Of a stretch of 47,530 bases of DNA, positions 44,801 through 47,530 are shown piece after piece. The DNA lies in contig PXUB01000034.1 of NCBI GenBank assembly GCA_003009755.1, positions 1 through 47,530 on the forward strand. The letters are read 5' to 3'. The notes beneath the pieces are model-generated. The model saw only the letters and a list, made by a program, of their open reading frames with translations, searched no databases and had not been told where the DNA came from. Each line of letters opens with the position of its first letter. The stretch's first letter is position 1. The position numbers and the translations under genes are program-made. Source of the stretch: Thermoplasmatales archaeon SW_10_69_26 (lineage in GTDB: Archaea; Thermoplasmatota; SW-10-69-26).

Positions 44801-47530
44801 CCACCGGCCCCGACGTCGACCACGCCTTCGCCGACGACGGCACCTACGACGTCACCCTGACCGCCACCGACACCGAGGGCCGCGACGGCGAGACGACGAC
44901 GCAGATCCAGGTGCTCAACCGCGCGCCCACGGTCTCGCTCGCCACCGACCCGAGCCCGGCCTACCAGAGGGATCCGACCACGATCGAGCTCGCGAGCGAG
45001 GACCCCGACGGCACCGTGGCCAGCGAGGCGATCCGCGTCTACAACGGCACGTCCACCGAGGACGAGCTGCTCGCCTCCGGCACGAGCCCGGTCGACGTCA
45101 CCTTCCCCGACGACGGCGCGTTCCTGATCGTCGGCGAGGCCACCGACGACGACGGTGACACGGCCACCACCGAGGTCACCCTGCACGTGCGCAACCGCGC
45201 CCCGCAGGCCGACCTGGCCGTCGAGCCGAGCCGGCAGTTCACCGGCGCGAACGCGACCCTCGACGCCTCGGCCACGACCGACCCCGACGGCGAACCCGTC
45301 GCGTACACCTTCGAGACCGGCGACGGCAACCGCACCCGGACGACGTCCCCGACCCTCGCGCACGCCTACACGCAGACCGACCGCTACCAGGCCGACCTCG
45401 CGGTCGAGGACGACGACGGCGCCACCGCCACGGCCGACACCGTCACCGTCGACGTCCACGCCTACCCGACCGTGCCCGACCAACACGTCGCCAAGGGCCG
45501 CAACCTGAGCTTCGCCGTCGAGACCGTCACGCCCGGCGAGGCCACGCCCGCCGCCCTCTCGATGCACGCCCCCGGGCTCCCCGAGGACGCGTCCTTCGAG
45601 GAGCACGGCGACGGCACCGGGACCTTCTCCTGGCAGACCACCGTCGACGACGCGGGCACCTACGAGGCCAACTTCACCGCCGACCTCGGCGAGACCGAGC
45701 AGACGCAGACCGTCGCGATCCAGGTCACCGCCGAGGAGCCTGCGGCCGTCAACGAACGCACCCGCCACGGGTACGACACGATCCAGGCCGCCATCGACGA
45801 CGCCCGAGCCGGCGACACGGTCCTCGTCGGCTCCGGCACCCACGCGGAGGAGGTCACCGTCGACCGACCCGGCCTGACCCTGTGCCCGGCCGACGCGGAC
45901 GACACCGGGTGCGCCGCGGACGCCACGCGGCCGACGCTGGCCTCCGACACCGGGCTCGGCGTGGCCGTCACCGCCGACGGCGTCCACGTCGAAGGCCTGG
46001 CCATCCGGCCCAGCGGCGCCGCGAGGGAGACCGTCGGCCTCGCCGCCGGCACCGACGCCGGCCCCGTCGACGGGCTCGTCCTCGAGAGCAACCGCATCCA
46101 ACCCGGCAGCGAGCTGCTCACCGACCTCGGCGGCACCGGCCTGGACATCGAGGCCACGAACGCCACGATCACCGCCAACGAGTTGCGCTCGTGGACCCAG
46201 GGCCTGAGCCTCGCCGCCGACGAGACACGGGTCACGGACAACACGGTCGAGGCCTCGACGCTGGGCTTGACCGTCACCGACGGCGACGCGATCACGCTCG
46301 CCGGCGACCGCGTCCACGCGGCCGACACCGCCTACCGCATCGAGGCCGCCAGCGACGTGCTCGTCGCGGACGCGCTCGTGACCGCGACGGCCACCGGTGT
46401 CGAGCTCGCCGCTGGCGAGGCCGGTGTGCAGCCGACCGACGTCACGGTGAACAACACGCGGCTGGAGACCACCACGGTCCCGCTGGCGTTGACCTGCAAC
46501 GACTGGGGTGCCTACCACCGCGGCGCGATCGAGGAGCGCATCCAGGACGCCGGTCAAAAGAACACCGTCGAGTTCCAGCCCTGGCAGGGCCCCAACCCGG
46601 ACGTCACGCTCGACAACGGCTGCCTCGTCGAGCCCGTGAGCGCGTTCGAGCACACGCCCGAGGGCCCGACCCGGCAAGACGAGGTCCGGTTCAACGAGAC
46701 CGCCCGCCCCGGCTCGGCGCCGATCCTCACCTACGAGTGGGACTTCGGCGACGGCACCACGAGCCGCATGGCCAACCCCACCCACTCCTACGACGAGCTG
46801 GGTAGCTTCGAGGTCGAGCTCACCGTGGAGGACGCCAACGGCATGCGGTCCACCACGACGCAGACCGTCGACGTGCGGAACCTCGCCCCCGGGCTGGACG
46901 CCCCGATCGCCGTCGAGAGCGCCCACGAGCAGGACCTGTCGGTCGACGTGAGCGCCAGCAGCGAGGAGGGTGACGCGGTCGAGCTGTCCGCCAGCGGCAC
47001 CCCGCTCGCCGAGGGGGCTACGTTCACCGTGGAGGATCAGGGGACCGCGGCCCCGGTCGCTACGTTCAACTGGACGGACATCGACGCGAGGGACCGCGGC
47101 ACCTACGTGCTCGAGGTCACCGCCAGCGACGAGCACGGCGCCGAGACCACCGACCAGGTCGAGGTCACGGTCACCGACGAGGCGCCCACCCTCGACCCGG
47201 TCGAGGATCCGACGACGCGGTTGGGTCACGAGGTCACGTTCACGGCGAACGCCACGGACGAGAACGGCGATCCGGTCGAGCTGACCGCCAGCGGCGTGCC
47301 CTCCAACGCGACGTTCACGGTCGAGAACCAGACCACCGCCGAGCCGACGGCCACGTTCGTCTGGACCCCGACCGGGGACAGCCAGGTCGGCGAGCACAAC
47401 ATCACGCTCGCCGCCGAGGCCGAGGGGCTGGCGGACACGCAGATGGTGACGGTCACCGTGGGTGAGGAGAACCAGCCGCCGGCGATCGCGATCGAGCGCG
47501 GGGGCTCGCCCGTGGGTGATACGGTGACGG
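32836..47530 (+). CDS. Giant secreted multidomain protein (at least 4,898 aa, runs off the window): two S8 protease domains, PKD/Ig/FN3 repeats, GxDxY repeats, parallel beta-helix
   Basis: Frame opens after TAG 32773-32775; GTG at 32836 has GGGAGG upstream. No stop found by reading, and no ORF-track entry terminates in this frame. S8 no.1: D33442 (VLDSG), H33580 (HGTHVAS), S34216 (GTSMATPHVAG). S8 no.2: D37573 (YIDSG), H37927 (HGTWVAG), S38413 (GTSFSSP). Confidence 0.93.
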   Translation, partial: MSHRSASTPSLFGPAAKLSETTLVPLFLAIAMVAGPLTSVAPLASASTADAGGVDDAIDWVDAWLDDHDDDANLVDDRAEAEAQTLIDEDRGGAPVGVLVTYDHWPDDHDLDRLVAEHGASQTYAFEIVPTVQAQVPASQVSQLGQVPGVVAVEYDYPIEPVLDVSSPASQAQEPASTGSAYAGKTAQALGYDGSDTVVAVLDSGVQDQHSAFADTRFVTGADVSSPGSTGDGTGDPGDCTNPPDDNGHGTHVASTVLGETAESDGTRLPGTAPGAGLVDVRIAASGASIGGALRGFEFVERWNDALREGDPLCPLANADDRIDVATLSFGSLSPAEGDAGSTGEAIERLNEQGVAVTVAAGNCGPQGSAGCTTTDSEETVTSPANAEGAITVANSNDRETIDRGDDQVSASSSRGPIAGSASDASDLEDRFRKPEIAAPGTQITAAGLSPGTVSTLSGTSMATPHVAGIAATLVEAGRDVADQTGGENLMLPDGTAYNDDSYDAGANPVVDAIIHAAEYKTDGVPQDMRDKWEGPGADDLRWNNGYGYGHVDAFSALCWAWQNVLQPGGAAPTDTVESACGLDDPLTVDLGGPYTVETERLVTLTADATGGQSPYEYAWDTDDDGAFDDRTGDAIQVSYPTTGAFTVSVKVFDDAGASSQDATTVVVSEDADDGSGLIEITEPDRDETVDPQLVVEGIAGSEGNSPPSASWTHTSDGLTVSFDATGSTDPDGDPLTYEWTFGDDATARGATPDHTYATGGDFTVCLTVSDGSLTDESCRQISLTRQDPLSLVTDPKGDAAGPVTGSNVDELDITEVSAIQNEDGSFTMVLSVNDLQQATVPATEGGNGAIWRVTWDFPGTDGHFVSFETGLVNTTDPGSVYTDCSYGEWDGNIAQSQGTAPCTVDYGAPAEIHLTYPANAMAENGYAGDELLSGVQGLSYTYQGSPPDASVSAGLTTQVDDTASGTYELTGTNAELAEIGLGSRADARQAPEEPPEDPEIVDEGGDVNGDTVPASQMDIQAGWFDADASHLYVGLELDDIPQNTNTTAFTSYRVGFQPDYQVEDPTWGGTVPEDATLTELRTFAAFSPLAFDNLTEPTTRQSPSFELQLTYEQNGRSFFATVGDIEEASIDPETDIVWWAVDRDLLQSPPPDSRIVETTATSAPAIDGLLTFQGATADTAGPGDPFSFPKSADQIPPTVTLDASPVSGSAPLDVTFQPDTDADDVASWTIRYGDGASESGTGGLPAELGHVYDAAGEHTATLEVTDSNGQTGTAKATVNVTPPEGRSVRVTAGDLDPVWANCEDACSTWTAALDLDALEPGTTSLTATLVEDGEVLGRDTVAVEVTPDDGLTVLAPEEDQRLPPGDVRVQGEIDDTDRPPRAMLDAEPQRGSSPLDVTFDLDGADDEGVVSWRLLTDDGTVIDGTQLPIEAEHTYDEPGNYTATLQVTDTAGQRDTRAVPIEVDDENEAPEAPNSPTPADGSGDVPRPPTLSWEASDPDGDELVYDVYLDTSAQPDTLVRTGLEDPSFVATDLEPSTTYHWQVVADDGLTTTEGPVWSFTTAAASGLANSPQTVIAYIDSGGFPYHEQFQRAEHDQHPSEYIEGYPADAQALDLCFFDQASGTVDRSNCPDSPTAAAEQDVDEWRKLGVTGTGQTGPGEGDLAYVPGTNVVGAISFAHDGDADYPTLDGDKGDGDAHGTWVAGSIAGQTTGSCPDCLIVTIEADSVSAIESGWQWAAQQPWIDGITSSVYAGICTPVGVCQSIDGFATSIASSTQTAAENGKLVFEAAGNGVGGAGLATSTTAPDSNFAPWSISVGCSSESGHSCLYSDEPAPITATGTPRQTADPGTYDGTNDPVGTSFSSPSAAGVAGQALVSLRAELGATTEGPAADANNSLVEPASDATLPEDTALTNGELTKKELEEALFKTARRGVLPSTPAWIVPVETPDSPAGFLKGGYGDVYRGAWGVNHESASSSDSTAGAVSATLLGETEMPNRYLEETYWEDAVEPMQRQVHGEEPEEPDDDAWPTDDEASPDGLDGHQGGSSTTTTSSSGDLAQPASTRPQGDQPTPDNSRLYLHHDQTDAESVSDGADLYMNTIPDPGDGCSGPGCPDTTPWGATGAGTSGEQQTYEMDHPELADTLLLDEDGQITVHVEATGIFDNPPTPTEVDVTLQDGDGLVATGQADREIPGSADHATYEATLDPVAYTIEDTLTLSITWDDRQYSFHVQSHGASWVDLPLTGSADELDYEQDSFYLDDLDANMGNGETVPLTRDEADLQGDPDTGTTYLRAYRNGFTFNLDSGQDDAAAGENVLLGNDGSATLWVCTAPVLSYGATEFTVEVALQAGDTPLGGGSVTQTYAGAHDGSSQAITVPLDLHETLVPEDEPLTGSITVEGATGFYTSNIAFCGGSADKPWSLDLLSAELGTQLPSTDLTEAPDGTLAGETPLEGTYEAPEDPGLQQTTWYATNFDQWSEGDAEAQSPELRLGTEGPGPGSGGPILPPEEDGYTIELTSEQPLLDEADEILDEGAGSAQFWVTAAGGATDVRVDLTAMLEGSNGDRRVLGEGSVTKHVVPPFGTVRTLTHEPFRVDFEPAVTDVADDERLVLRAQVTNVGPATTTQVTCVCGGEERPITVSLPTDDAVTPRDPQVRVTVDEAIDRRVPADSSPWSTTIDTTELPDGEHTITATPEATYGDETRQGTPQEATFTSDNDLSNEAPSASLAVDPLSGTAPLAVTANADATDDDTPRDQLSWTLTWGDGSAQESGTGLPAELTHEYADPGEFTVTLEVTDDEGETGTATARAQVFAPAEEKVIVTLGNETIEAQADADDGSLAAWHADIPSVDRGLHEVTVEHVEENAQETTVFAREQLLLRVEPSGVPETAIEGPGEDTRVHETTPIEGRITGYTGEEEPTRTSTSLTTDSSQAAVAPIVQDVVDAGEPAPSVPEPVTTDALEPALEHLVDVAGGDPERVSDELDQATIPEEAETPLASLAEAVAQATEMRREAIDLSTTELETVELTPTLLEAVDVDHAQLVEAQLLVATTVDEHRESLEQVPAEADEDDAPAFEIEGIVAFDNEGDTTYEPGHYFLKVDTAGQDTHRDTAGGAYGLTLDRDVSVSIDTDGADTYDGDWSAPASSSFETFQGAATNVGLGLLADTVGDDSYTVTGDVAEATSDNVQRAAQGAGQVASVGVLADLAGEDTYEATLTGIDDNAASTMLASAQGAVHDTGRINPGYTLLFDREGDDAYEATFDGDAAYQGDVNPVTVPSVAALVDGDGSDDYSRPVNGDYLARTTAPDTAAGAAHFLDTAPEDPSVHVREPAAGDTVRQTADVTVEARDLDDMLGTSGARFVTQVEAEIGDKGFVDLTQQGDTDRWTGTLDLAGEDGATELTARATNVDGSTATDTITVDVNNDLPPTLAVDETITRASPTEDPAVSLDLSGTEDPEGSTLAYTIAWGDGSETTRTSPHDVSDVSHTYDTGEYTIAVTVEDEAGNADEATLDVDLSPPAFASVTQEDVQVASANYTVDLDDEGTLDASLDGAGTVDVTEQPSAFEVNATELDAATTYTLTLTSADDLGNEAQTTETFTTSEPDNEPPTVALDLDATTVPTGGTVEATVTAEDPEDGALSEATVTWDDGTQETVALTNGEGQARHTYDERCECTVHAQATDSDGASASDSVDLVVDHAPQVTLTVPASPAPETDEHTIELDVTDADDDPIRADLRLEGEPVTLREADPADNTTDDGKLFTATVDPDAGTVTASADVHDGLRTTTEETSYTVNAAPNVTGTLSPWSGTQDTTFTYDAATSDADGDPVSLTLLVDHREIELGPDRTAQLDLDDGQHRFALLATDGFDEVRWPGPGAWAFGPVVGNLSQVEISADGTFADPTVAQTDGDLDDWTRQLGDVGLAEDQAHEVHVRGVDADHGPGPAATVNLTMDQLPTPSIEVLTATPVRTGTSLDLQGSAEPSTHGDDVPPENLAWSFGDGATATGPDVDHAFADDGTYDVTLTATDTEGRDGETTTQIQVLNRAPTVSLATDPSPAYQRDPTTIELASEDPDGTVASEAIRVYNGTSTEDELLASGTSPVDVTFPDDGAFLIVGEATDDDGDTATTEVTLHVRNRAPQADLAVEPSRQFTGANATLDASATTDPDGEPVAYTFETGDGNRTRTTSPTLAHAYTQTDRYQADLAVEDDDGATATADTVTVDVHAYPTVPDQHVAKGRNLSFAVETVTPGEATPAALSMHAPGLPEDASFEEHGDGTGTFSWQTTVDDAGTYEANFTADLGETEQTQTVAIQVTAEEPAAVNERTRHGYDTIQAAIDDARAGDTVLVGSGTHAEEVTVDRPGLTLCPADADDTGCAADATRPTLASDTGLGVAVTADGVHVEGLAIRPSGAARETVGLAAGTDAGPVDGLVLESNRIQPGSELLTDLGGTGLDIEATNATITANELRSWTQGLSLAADETRVTDNTVEASTLGLTVTDGDAITLAGDRVHAADTAYRIEAASDVLVADALVTATATGVELAAGEAGVQPTDVTVNNTRLETTTVPLALTCNDWGAYHRGAIEERIQDAGQKNTVEFQPWQGPNPDVTLDNGCLVEPVSAFEHTPEGPTRQDEVRFNETARPGSAPILTYEWDFGDGTTSRMANPTHSYDELGSFEVELTVEDANGMRSTTTQTVDVRNLAPGLDAPIAVESAHEQDLSVDVSASSEEGDAVELSASGTPLAEGATFTVEDQGTAAPVATFNWTDIDARDRGTYVLEVTASDEHGAETTDQVEVTVTDEAPTLDPVEDPTTRLGHEVTFTANATDENGDPVELTASGVPSNATFTVENQTTAEPTATFVWTPTGDSQVGEHNITLAAEAEGLADTQMVTVTVGEENQPPAIAIERGGSPVGDTVT

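Noticed and set aside
32647-47397. Minus-strand ORFs of 2257, 1102 and 1439 aa
   Set aside because: Mirror-frame shadows of the giant + strand gene, which carries all the recognisable motifs.

Overview
GC-rich archaeal genomic window with a strongly acidic, salt-adapted proteome. Archaeal markers are ABCE1/RLI, a presenilin-type PSH protease, a CCA-less tRNA-Arg(CCU) and TATA boxes about 25-30 bp before leaderless starts. A halophilic Thermoplasmatota-like origin is plausible but is only inference. Core genes include aconitase, YhbY, ABCE1, PSH, SDR-DUF72 and an acyl-CoA dehydrogenase homolog. They sit among many secreted or surface proteins: an M14 carboxypeptidase, a CocE/NonD hydrolase, two tandem subtilases, beta-propellers, a PLD and a lamin-tail protein. 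The largest feature is missing from the ORF track: an unbroken + strand frame from 32836 to the window end (at least 4,898 codons) encoding a giant exported protein with two complete subtilase domains plus many PKD/Ig repeats, GxDxY repeats and a beta-helix. There are two notable non-coding signals. (i) A repeated, highly structured element of about 0.5 kb (13687-14194, partial second copy at 1-264) has paired termini and G-U-compatible substitutions on the + strand. (ii) The tRNA-Arg locus is surrounded by fragments of itself: a duplicated promoter plus 5' part upstream and two 3'-end copies downstream. It borders an accessory block carrying a VapBC module. Several genes have lesions: a PLD frameshift, an in-frame amber in the SDR and a decayed PKD relic.
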